From a virus (taxonomy: Duplodnaviria > Heunggongvirae > Uroviricota > Caudoviricetes), in IMG/VR virus record IMGVR_UViG_3300021600_000003, positions 83,249 through 129,865 of that record: a stretch of 46,617 nucleotides of DNA. The stretch is one strand, 5' to 3'. The translations under genes and the position numbers were made by a program. The stretch's first letter is position 1. Every line of letters starts with the position of its first letter. Of this stretch, positions 16,255 through 24,980 are shown in pieces. Below the pieces are notes generated by a model, which was given only the letters and a program-made list of their open reading frames with translations, was not told where the DNA came from and did not search any database.

Positions 16255-17360
16255 GAACCACAAATTTAGGGATGTATAAACCTATTGAATTGACTGGAAC
16301 ACCCTTAGAGCTTTGTACACATCCTGCACCAGTAATGAGTGTAGTGGTAAAAGAGACAAAGATTGGGAAATCAGCAGCTAAGAATCCCTCTGGGATTAAA
16401 GTTCAGAGACTATCGAAACCACTTGTAGTGAAACAGGATAAGGGAGTAGAGTAGTGTTAACAATTATTTAACACGAAGTAGTAGGATGATAATGATTCTT
16501 TTCGTATATTTATCAAAAGATAATATATGAAATCAGGAATCTATAGAATTGTAAATCTGAAGAGTGGAAGAGTGTATATTGGTTCAGCACAAGACTTGAA
16601 TGAGAGAAAAATCAATCACTTCTCAATGCTGAGAAACAATAAACATTCATCAATAATTCTTCAGAGAGCTTATAATAAGGCAGAAGATAAGAGTATCTTT
16701 GAATTTCAAATACTAGAGTATTGTAAGAGAGAGAAGTTAATTGAAAGAGAGAATTACTATCTCATAACTCTTTGTAAAGCAAAGGATTATATAGATAAAG
16801 TAACTAAAGACTTTCTTAAGCTATCTTATAACATACTACCAGTAGCAAGTGAAGGATTTTCAGGAAGACATAGACCAGAGAGCATTCAGAAGATGAAAGA
16901 AAATCACCCTTTAAGAAAAGACATTCTAATCTATAAAGATGGATTATTTTTAAAGGAAGTTCTTTCAGGAGAGGATGCTAAGAAAGAGACTGGTTTATCT
17001 AAGAGTGGAATTCTGGAAGCTTGCAGAACAAGAAGATACGTAACAAAATCAGGTTATCTATTTTGTTTTAAGGAAAATAAAGAAGACTTAGAGAGTAATA
17101 TTGGTCTGATTTGGAAGCCTTGGAACAAGGGACAGAGAGGTACAGAGAATTTAAAGAATGCAACTAAAATTGCAGTTAAGAATTTACAGAGTGGAGCTAC
17201 AGAGGTATTCAATTCCCAGTTGGCAGTTTGTAAATTCTATAGTCTTCAACCTTGTACTGTTAACAGATGCTTGAAATCAGGAAAGCCTTACAAAAAGCAA
17301 TTACAATTCGAATATCATAAGATATAGTCCAATCCACCTTGAAAGAGGATGGTAGAAATG
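16255..17360 (+). mobile_element. Group I self-splicing intron with homing endonuclease in L8
   Basis: P1 ACATCCT/GGGATGT with U.G at the 5' splice site; Q-like AATCAGCAGC (16369); R GTTCAGAGACTA (16401); S AAGATATAGTCC (17319); terminal G at 17360; splicing restores the frame (687 aa). Confidence 0.92.
16527..17327 (+). CDS. GIY-YIG homing endonuclease (intron-encoded)
   Basis: GIYRIVNLKSGRVYIGSA; stop codon lies inside the intron S element. Confidence 0.92.
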   Translation: MKSGIYRIVNLKSGRVYIGSAQDLNERKINHFSMLRNNKHSSIILQRAYNKAEDKSIFEFQILEYCKREKLIERENYYLITLCKAKDYIDKVTKDFLKLSYNILPVASEGFSGRHRPESIQKMKENHPLRKDILIYKDGLFLKEVLSGEDAKKETGLSKSGILEACRTRRYVTKSGYLFCFKENKEDLESNIGLIWKPWNKGQRGTENLKNATKIAVKNLQSGATEVFNSQLAVCKFYSLQPCTVNRCLKSGKPYKKQLQFEYHKI

Positions 17361-18997
17361 TAAAATGGTGTGAGTATATGATGAATATGGATGTTGAGGA
17401 AATGCCAATACATTTCTCTCAAAGAAATCTCTCTAGAGAAGATATAGAGAGTACTCAGGAATATCGTCGTCATGATGTTATGGCTACTTACAATTTATTA
17501 CTTCTTACTTTAGGTCAAACTGATTGTTTTAATGAGGATTTAGCTGATTATAAAGGTAAGAATAAGATTCAAGATAGGTTAGACATCATTAAAGAAACTG
17601 GTATGCAGTGCATGAACTGGAGTGATGTTAAGATTGGTGAAGAATGGAATAGGATGGATTATATTAAGTCTGAAAGAATATTAGACGAGAAATCCCTATT
17701 TCCACAAAAAGTTAAACATCCTTATGGACAGAAATTTAAGAATTTCTTTCCAAAAACCATGTCATTTACCACTCCTAAACTTAAGACTTTTATTAAGAAT
17801 CTTGGAGAAGAGTTTGTATTAGCTAAAAAGCAGGAGTTTCCTATTACAATAGGTCAAACTACCTATAATATAGCAAAAGGTGGAATTCACTCTACAGAGA
17901 GAAATAGACAGCTTATATTACCTAACAATCATACTTGTAGTGATGCTGATGTTGGAGCTCAATATCCAAACTCAATTATTAAATTGTTAGTATATCCTCC
18001 GCATTTAAAGAAAACTATTATTGTTAACTTTATCAAAACCAATGAGTTAAAGGATTATTATAAGCAGATTGGTAAAGAAACAGAAGATAAAGCTCTTAAA
18101 TCTTATTATAAAGGATTAGAAGGAGCTACTAAATTACGTATGAATGGTGGATATTATGGCAAGTTAGGTCAAAAAGGTTCATTCCTTGAGTATCCTGAAG
18201 GCTTACTGAAGGTATGTATGGGTAATCAGATTGAGATTTTAATGCTCATAGAAGCTATGGAAGAAGCTGGTTTTACTGTAATATCAGGTAACACTGATGG
18301 TATTGTTACAATATATCCTTTAGATAAAGAAGATAAATACTTTAAGATATGTCATGAATGGGAAGAGAAGGTAGGAAATGTTAAGATGGGTAAACTTGAG
18401 TATGCTAAATTTAAAGGATTATGGCAAGATTCTGTAAACTCATATATTGGATTAAAGGAAGATGGTGGAGTTAAGAAGAAAGGTCGTTTTGTTACTGTAT
18501 ATGGTAGTCCGGGATGTGAGATAAATAAGAATAAATCAAATCGTATTATACCATTAGCTCTAGAGGCATATTTTATAGAAGGTAAGGATCCTCAAGAGTT
18601 TATTAGAAATCATAAGAATATCTATGATTTCTGTATAGCTAAGAAGGCTACTGGAAAAATGCATTATGAGGAACAATGGGAAGAGAATGGTATAATTACT
18701 AAAAAGGTACATAAAAAACTAGTACGTTTCTTTTTATCTACTAAAGGTTCTATCTTATATAAGAGAGGTTTTAACAATATGGGTAAACCTATGAATAATC
18801 ATGTTAATGCTCCAAATAATTTAGGGCAACCACTAGTTACTTATTTTAATAGATTCTTTAAGAAAGATGATTATGATATTGATTATAATCAGTATATATT
18901 AGAGACTCTAGAGAGAATAGATAGCTTGGAAGGAACAAAGAAGGCAAAAGCATTTTTGGATAACCTTCGTCCAACAAAACAATTGTCATTATTTTAA
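17361..18997 (+). CDS. polB: Family B DNA polymerase, exon 2
   Basis: Motif A DADVGAQYPNSI, motif B KLRMNGGYYGKLG, motif C SGNTDGI; C-terminal QLSLF. Confidence 0.92.
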
Positions 18998-19008
18998 AAT
19001 AAAATACT

Positions 19009-19299
19009 ATGTTACCAGAAAAATGGGTTATACAAAATAAGAAAAAGGATAAACAATTTCGAGATACTTTCTTCTCATTTATGAAAACAATTCTTTCACC
19101 TAATGAGTATGTTACTCTCACTAATCATTATAGTATAGGTTGGACTTATTTTCATTTTCCAAATTATACAACTTGTAAAGGATTTCTATTTGGAGATCAT
19201 ACTGCTCTTTATAAAGAGGAAGGTTATACTGAAGTAACTTTATATAATTTGATAGAAAATTGTGAATTAACTATTAATAACACATATACAATCTTTTAG
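19009..19299 (+). CDS. Small protein (MLPEKW..) with C-terminal tag (..INNTYTIF)
   Basis: ORF track plus shared tail. Confidence 0.8.
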   Translation: MLPEKWVIQNKKKDKQFRDTFFSFMKTILSPNEYVTLTNHYSIGWTYFHFPNYTTCKGFLFGDHTALYKEEGYTEVTLYNLIENCELTINNTYTIF

Positions 19300-19301
19300 A
19301 T

Positions 19302-19595
19302 ATGAAAGTAGGAAGTATTGTTGTAGTAAAACCATTTATTGCACATCCATTTCATGCTCCATTTATAAAATGGGAGCCTGTTAAGGATGAAAAAACTCCT
19401 TATATGATAAGGGAAATTGGTAAAGGGGGTGATGGAACTCCTGCAGCTGTATTTGAAGAAGGTATTATTGGATATCTTCCGGGAAATATAGAGATTGCAT
19501 TGTACTGTAATGTACTAATTGAACTTTTACCTCCAGAGGATATTGCTGAACAAGTAGAAGATATGATATGTGTACCCTTAAAAGATAGTTTATGA
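19302..19595 (+). CDS. Hypothetical protein, paralog of 3196..3486
   Basis: See 3196..3486. Confidence 0.85.
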   Translation: MKVGSIVVVKPFIAHPFHAPFIKWEPVKDEKTPYMIREIGKGGDGTPAAVFEEGIIGYLPGNIEIALYCNVLIELLPPEDIAEQVEDMICVPLKDSL

Positions 19596-19831
19596 AAGTA
19601 AAATGTAATGAATGTAATGGGACAGGTGAAGCTGTCTATTCCTGTTGTACTGGACAAGTTATAACAGGTGATATACTTATGTGTCCTGATTGTCATGAGC
19701 ATCTTGGTGAAGAACCATGTCAGGCATGTGATGGTACAGGAGAAGTAGAGGAGGAAGATTTCCAAGAAGTACCCAAAATAGATTTGCTCTTAAGAGCTGA
19801 ATATCATGCTGATAATCAGCAAGATAGATAA
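19592..19831 (+). CDS. DnaJ-type zinc-finger (CxxCxGxG) small protein
   Basis: CNECNGTG, CPDC, CQACDGTG. Confidence 0.8.
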   Translation: MKVKCNECNGTGEAVYSCCTGQVITGDILMCPDCHEHLGEEPCQACDGTGEVEEEDFQEVPKIDLLLRAEYHADNQQDR

Positions 19832-19834
19832 ACA

Positions 19835-20446
19835 ATATTTACCTGCTGAAAGCAAACAAATAATAAGTTAAGTAAAGCCTCTTAGAAATAACGTAACTTA
19901 ATCAAATTATAATCCTATACCAAGAGGGAGTTGTTTGTAGACAGATGTTAACTTATAAACTTATTGGGTATATTGACTTCTTTTAGAAGCACATGATTGG
20001 CCACAAAATGTAAGTATTTTAATATTCACACTCTTGGAGTGACAGGTAGATTTTATTACCCATACACCATAATACATAAAGTGTATGTAGTTGATAATAT
20101 TTGGATTTTCCAAATAAATCTATGATTATAATACATAAAATCATAGGACAGTTATCACAATCTGTGAATTGTAAGTAAGATTAAGTTCAACCTTGACGAG
20201 ATTAAGCCTCGATGTAATCATATTGTTTGAAGCTCCTAATAGAGTTAGGTATGAGGTCATTCGCTAGCATGGTAGTGGGGTATTTACATTTCTAAAATTC
20301 ATATAGTAATATATGACGTGTTGTTCCAAATTGAGATATGGAACGTCTTAAACCATATGTTGCAACCTTAGCAGACAAAGTAGATATAAGTATCTGTGCT
20401 GATTGGGTAACATAGCTGAAATGAGTAAGCGAGATTTCTACAACAC
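19835..20446 (+). ncRNA. Long multi-hairpin non-coding region (candidate large ncRNA)
   Basis: About 610 nt with no called ORF and many perfect short hairpins. Confidence 0.45.
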
Positions 20447-20583
20447 GAACGAGTTCTCAGCAAAGTAGTTAAGACCAGTTATCTAAACTTTCGGGTAAAG
20501 AGCTATACGTCATTTAATTACCTGACCCTACTCCTACACAATAATCTAGTGTTTACACAGATTCGGGAAAGAGAGGGTGCTAA
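20447..20583 (+). ncRNA. Structured RNA motif B, copy 2
   Basis: See 14629-14783. Confidence 0.65.
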
Positions 20584-20657
20584 ATAAATTAATAACTATT
20601 AATATGGATAAATATATAGACATTGTGTCCATGTTCTTAATCAATAAACTAAAAATT

Positions 20658-20897
20658 ATGACAAACGGAAATGATGCAGCACATCCAACACTTGAACAAA
20701 ATGGTAATGAGAGATGGAATACTGAATATGGCTTAACCAAACGAGAACACTTTGCTGCTATTGCAATGCAAGGGTTATTAAGTAACCCAGAATGGATGAT
20801 AGTGTTTAAGTCTGAAAAGTTCCTTATGCAACCTGAAATTATAGCTGAAACTTCTTTAAAGGCAGCCGATGCCCTAATCACCCAACTAAATCAATAA
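20658..20897 (+). CDS. Phage protein of the GLTKREHFAA.AMQG type
   Basis: Motif I recall as recurrent in phage proteins; ATG at 20658 inside ORF 20577..20897. Confidence 0.8.
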   Translation: MTNGNDAAHPTLEQNGNERWNTEYGLTKREHFAAIAMQGLLSNPEWMIVFKSEKFLMQPEIIAETSLKAADALITQLNQ

Positions 20898-20914
20898 ACC
20901 TAAATCAAACAACC

Positions 20915-21199
20915 ATGACACCCGAACAAAAAGCAAAAGAGTTAACTAATAGTTTCTATCAACCACTTGGTAAACTGAATTGCATGGTATCAAACGATGA
21001 AATGTGGAACTATGCCGTTCAATGTGCCATTATATGCGTGGATGAGATATTGAAATTAATTCCACAAAAAAAAGATTGGAGCAAGAGTACATTGTTACAG
21101 ATGGAAGCATTTGGTGATAATCCTAATGATTTTGAATTGCCAGATAATAATGAGTTTGTTTACTGGAAATCAGTCCTCACCTACCTAACCAACATTTAA
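20915..21199 (+). CDS. Hypothetical phage protein (MTPEQKAKEL type)
   Basis: ORF track; ends YWKSV. Confidence 0.75.
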   Translation: MTPEQKAKELTNSFYQPLGKLNCMVSNDEMWNYAVQCAIICVDEILKLIPQKKDWSKSTLLQMEAFGDNPNDFELPDNNEFVYWKSVLTYLTNI

Positions 21200-21255
21200 A
21201 CACATATAACACACAACTCTAACCCCATCACCCATTAATCAATAAACTAAAAATT

Positions 21256-21870
21256 ATGACAAACACGCAATTACACGCAAAAAGAGAATTAGAAATTCTT
21301 TTTAAAACAACACCTGATGCAATTATTAGGGAATTTGAAACCGAAATACTTGCATTATGTGAGAAATTCGGACAATCAGGACAAAGTGGAGGTTCTGCAC
21401 CATTTACAGCAGGGGCATTATCTCACGCAATTAAGAAACTTTGTTTGCAACAAACTATTGCACCGCTTACTGGAGAAGAAAATGAATGGGGAACAGTTGC
21501 AGATGGTTTTAATCAAAACAATAGAGAAGGTGCTGTATTTAAAAATGGCGATGGTAGAGCATATTATTTGGATGCTATTGTTTGGAAAGGAGATACTTGG
21601 AACAGCGACAAAACAAGTAACGATTGGGACACTTTTACAGGGACAATACAAGGTATAAGTAGCAGACAATTTATTAAATCATTTCCTTTTAAACCTAAGA
21701 CTTTTTATATTGATGTTACTCGTGAAAAATTTGATGCGACTAAACACAATAAGTCTGATGCTGTAACAACTGGACTTGATGGCGATGTAGTTTATTCTAT
21801 TAAGGATATGAAACAACTTGATGAAGTGTTTGAATATTATGATAAATTTCAGCAAACATTGTCTAAGTAG
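21256..21870 (+). CDS. Hypothetical phage protein
   Basis: 204-aa ORF; GQSGGSAP motif. Confidence 0.8.
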   Translation: MTNTQLHAKRELEILFKTTPDAIIREFETEILALCEKFGQSGQSGGSAPFTAGALSHAIKKLCLQQTIAPLTGEENEWGTVADGFNQNNREGAVFKNGDGRAYYLDAIVWKGDTWNSDKTSNDWDTFTGTIQGISSRQFIKSFPFKPKTFYIDVTREKFDATKHNKSDAVTTGLDGDVVYSIKDMKQLDEVFEYYDKFQQTLSK

Positions 21871-21955
21871 CGGAATGGTAGCTATTGCTGCTAACTCATA
21901 AATACACGCAGGTTACTGGTAACGAAAAAACGCTCACAACTAAAAACAAATAACA

Positions 21956-22477
21956 ATGATTAACAAAGAAGAACACGAAAGGATTACTCACATCATGGAT
22001 GATAGGAAGAAAGTACAAAAGCGGTATAGTGAAGAAACAGGTAAAGATTGGATGGTAGTTGTTATTGGTAATGAGGGTTATGCTACTTGGGATTATCAAA
22101 GATGGCTTGAAGATAAGTTAGCTGCCACCACCTCCACCGAACCAAAGGGGGTACAGATAACAATTAAAAAAGAAGACAACCTCAAGGTGGCTGCATGGTT
22201 GATGCAGAATGGTATTGAATATTCATCTAATCCTATTGAGTGGAATGCCAAGACCTTACAAGCAATGAAAGAAGCCTATGATTATTATATGTCATTAATG
22301 GAAGAACAATCAATCCCCACCGAACCAAAGGAGGGTGATATGCACGGCAAAACATTAGAATATTGGAAAACTAATGCAGAGGAAAATTATCTAACTACCC
22401 CAATAAGTGTATTAAAATATATTTCAATATTGGAAGAATACTCCCTACACTTCTCCTCGCTGCTAAATTCTTTCTGA
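21956..22477 (+). CDS. Hypothetical protein (mosaic, internal TEPK repeat)
   Basis: ORF track. Confidence 0.7.
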   Translation: MINKEEHERITHIMDDRKKVQKRYSEETGKDWMVVVIGNEGYATWDYQRWLEDKLAATTSTEPKGVQITIKKEDNLKVAAWLMQNGIEYSSNPIEWNAKTLQAMKEAYDYYMSLMEEQSIPTEPKEGDMHGKTLEYWKTNAEENYLTTPISVLKYISILEEYSLHFSSLLNSF

Positions 22478-22504
22478 AATTCTAATATACTTTTGAATGT
22501 TTTC

Positions 22505-22534
22505 ATGTATTACAATGTATTACATTGTAAAACA
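22505..22534. promoter_or_regulatory. Operator-like site: 9-bp perfect inverted repeat within 10-bp direct repeats
   Basis: TACAATGTA-T-TACATTGTA (22511-22529); ATGTATTACA twice; TAATTTTG -7-like box at 22565. Confidence 0.45.
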
Positions 22535-22694
22535 AATTTATTTGGATATTATTTTTTTAATGGTTAATTTTGTAGTCAAGTTCTTTTAAAAAGGGAGAGG
22601 CAGAGTACAATTTGGCTAATGAGACCTTATGCATCTGCACCTCTAATGTGGGCTGTAGTATTTATTTGCTACACTCATCCCTTGTGAATAAAAG

Positions 22695-22772
22695 TGGAGA
22701 CGGGAATGAGACTCGAACTCATGATCTCTAGGGTGGCGGCCCTAGTAACTTAACCAACTCGTCCATCCCGTC
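22695..22772 (-). tRNA. Atypical tRNA (Gly-GCC-like) with expanded anticodon loop; possibly a pseudo-tRNA
   Basis: Minus strand reads GACGGGA TG GACGAGTTGGTTAAGTT A CTAGG GCCGCCAC CCTAG AGATC ATGAG TTCGAGT CTCAT TCCCGTC T CCA. Confidence 0.75.
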
Positions 22773-22813
22773 TCGTAAACTAACCCCGAATGAAAATAAG
22801 GGGTGTATTAAAG

Positions 22814-22866
22814 TAAACCACATGTACTAGAATTTTTTAAAGGTAAAGTACATGTGGTTTTTTTAT
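22814..22866. terminator. Bidirectional terminator-like hairpin
   Basis: AAACCACATGTACT ... AGTACATGTGGTTT with A/T runs on both sides. Confidence 0.6.
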
Positions 22867-23078
22867 CCTTGAATTACCTGTGAATACCACATACTCCCCG
22901 CTTTCCTGCCTCCCTCAATTTTTTCATTTTTTATTTTATTAGATGTTTTTAGTCTTGATAAGGCATTGGATACATTGTTGCTTATTTTGTTATAAGATTC
23001 ACCTGTATATTCTGCATACGCATTAATAATATCACTTGTTCCCTTTCCACCTTCACCTTCAAGATATTTTAAAATAAC
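22863..23078 (-). pseudogene. Start-less C-terminal fragment of a putative winged-helix protein
   Basis: Minus frame VILKYLEGEGGKGTSDIINAYAEYTGESYNKISNNVSNALSRLKTSNKIKNEKIEGGRKAGSMWYSQVIQG*, preceded by TAG and no start codon. Confidence 0.5.
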
Positions 23079-23154
23079 CTACTTCACCCAAACATTTGAA
23101 TAACCCCCAACCCCTATAAAATAAGTAATTATTCACAATTTAAAAAGAAATAAC

Positions 23155-23415
23155 ATGACAGCAGACAGAATTAAAGAAATACAAGAAACAACAGCCTTTC
23201 CAAATAGTCTAAGCGTTTGTCAAGCATTAATAAAAGTATGGAATGAGTGTGAATATGAACAAAATAGTAGAATGTATAGTGAGGAAGATATCAAATCAGC
23301 TTGGGAAAATGGTAGAAATGGAGAAACTGAATGTATAGGAAGCTATCCTTTTTATAAGACTGTTTTTAAAAATAAAACTTTTAAAGATTGGTTTAAACAA
23401 TTTAAAAAGAAATAA
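23155..23415 (+). CDS. Hypothetical phage protein
   Basis: ORF track; MYSEEDI..A motif. Confidence 0.75.
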   Translation: MTADRIKEIQETTAFPNSLSVCQALIKVWNECEYEQNSRMYSEEDIKSAWENGRNGETECIGSYPFYKTVFKNKTFKDWFKQFKKK

Positions 23416-23417
23416 CA

Positions 23418-24029
23418 ATGGAAAAATTAAAATATATATTAAGGGATTTTAAATGGGTTAAAGCACTATTCAGTCCTTTTAAGCCATTTACTGTTAAATT
23501 TTACTTAGGTAAAATAGAAATAGGAGTTCCTTATTTTCTTCCTAGAAAATGGGTAAAAGCTACTCATAAATTAGCAACTGAAGCAACCTTAAAACAAATT
23601 AAAGACAATGAAAGATTTAATGTATTAAACCCTCAATATCCTATGCATATAAAGTCTTTTGAAGAACTGTATGCTGAAAAAATGAGATGCTCATATCCTA
23701 TACCTCTTAAAATAGGATTTAATTATTGTAGTTTAGGATGGAAAACAAAATTTGATGACATTAGATTTGAATATGCACCAGTGTTTTCTTTTGTATTTTT
23801 TGGTTATCAATTAGCTATGATGATTGGTACAGGCAAACAAGATTGGATTTCTAATTATTGGGAAGCATGGATTTGTTACGAATATTATTCTGACAAAACT
23901 CAAACTAAAAAAGAAAGAATAGCTTTTTGTAAAGAAAGATGTCCTCAAACATGGGTGAGATATCATAAAGATAAAACTAAAACAACTACTGATTATTACG
24001 AACTTATACTAAAGAAAAAATATTTATGA
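23418..24029 (+). CDS. Hypothetical phage protein
   Basis: 203-aa ORF; coupled start. Confidence 0.8.
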   Translation: MEKLKYILRDFKWVKALFSPFKPFTVKFYLGKIEIGVPYFLPRKWVKATHKLATEATLKQIKDNERFNVLNPQYPMHIKSFEELYAEKMRCSYPIPLKIGFNYCSLGWKTKFDDIRFEYAPVFSFVFFGYQLAMMIGTGKQDWISNYWEAWICYEYYSDKTQTKKERIAFCKERCPQTWVRYHKDKTKTTTDYYELILKKKYL

Positions 24030-24469
24030 AATATTTTGCAAAATATCTTCCAGTTGATGGGGAAATAAAAGAAGGGGATAAATGGTGGGACGGAACAAAC
24101 ATTTGTGATGATTGGGATAGTAAGGAAGCTTGGAATACTTGTAACGGAAAACCAGTAAAACTCTTGCTTTGTAGTAGAGACATACAAGTAGGTGATGAAT
24201 GTTACATAGCTGGTAGAAACTTCCTTCCACCAACTTATTTAGCTACACAAATGGATTTTAGTGCTAAATATGAATCTATACAAATGCTTAAAGGAGCTTT
24301 TAAGGTAATAGGTGAAATATCTCCTGATGCTTTATCTTTTGTTACTGAAGGAGATGAATTTGATGAAGAAGAGATAGTAGTATCAAGAAAACCTATGAAA
24401 AAATACATAGAAAATAACCCATATTGTAAAATTGTAAATATTAAAGGTCCATGTGGACATTTTCATTAA
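24026..24469 (+). CDS. Hypothetical phage protein (MKYFAKYLPVDGEIKEGD)
   Basis: ORF track; EIKEGD.W motif shared with 5503..6210. Confidence 0.8.
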   Translation: MKYFAKYLPVDGEIKEGDKWWDGTNICDDWDSKEAWNTCNGKPVKLLLCSRDIQVGDECYIAGRNFLPPTYLATQMDFSAKYESIQMLKGAFKVIGEISPDALSFVTEGDEFDEEEIVVSRKPMKKYIENNPYCKIVNIKGPCGHFH

Positions 24470-24489
24470 CATAAAATAAAAATAATATT

Positions 24490-24921
24490 ATGAATCCACT
24501 TAATTTTTTAATAGGATTGATTATATTGGGAGCCTTTATTTCGTGTGAAAAAACTTTACCAAAAGAACCACCTCCTACAACAATCATCACATACTATCGT
24601 CTTCAAATTAATGATAATGATGGTAAGTTTATTCATAGTCAAATTGTTACAGGTAAGGAAGTACAAAGTTTTAATGGTAATCCTGTATCTGATGATGGTC
24701 ATCATGAGTGTGAAGAACATCCTGAACATTGTCCTATTGTACCAATTATATTGGAGTATTTTAATATTTCAATTGGAGAGAAAGTAATTCTTTCTTGGAA
24801 AATGGCTGCACAAGATAATGTTAAAGACTTTGAAATACAATCCTCTAAAGATGGTATTACATTTAAAACTATTGCAATTGTATTTCCTAACTATTTAGGA
24901 GAATATCTTATTAAACTCTAA
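24490..24921 (+). CDS. Putative lipoprotein with a Bacteroidota Ig-like (LPVEL-type) domain fragment
   Basis: Lipobox-like GAFIS/C; VPIILEYF..VILSW....DN...FEIQSS.DG..F..IA.V pattern. Confidence 0.65.
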   Translation: MNPLNFLIGLIILGAFISCEKTLPKEPPPTTIITYYRLQINDNDGKFIHSQIVTGKEVQSFNGNPVSDDGHHECEEHPEHCPIVPIILEYFNISIGEKVILSWKMAAQDNVKDFEIQSSKDGITFKTIAIVFPNYLGEYLIKL

Positions 24922-24980
24922 TCTTGATGACTGCATTTTTACAACCTTGTACCCTGCATTAACCCTAAAAACAATTAATA

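Noticed and set aside
16272-16454. 60-aa ORF inside the intron
   Set aside because: It overlaps the catalytic core (P, Q, R elements) and is most likely incidental.
17339-17360. Start of the 552-aa ORF (MKEDGRNV)
   Set aside because: These codons lie inside the intron 3' end (P9); the true exon starts at 17361.
22585-22690. Theta/HDV-like ribozyme downstream of the tRNA (minus strand)
   Set aside because: A G.U-opened P1 (GATGAG/CTCATT) and a P2 (GTGCAG/TTGTAC) can be drawn, but the L3 consensus, P1.1 and P4 are missing and the element is not flush with the tRNA end.
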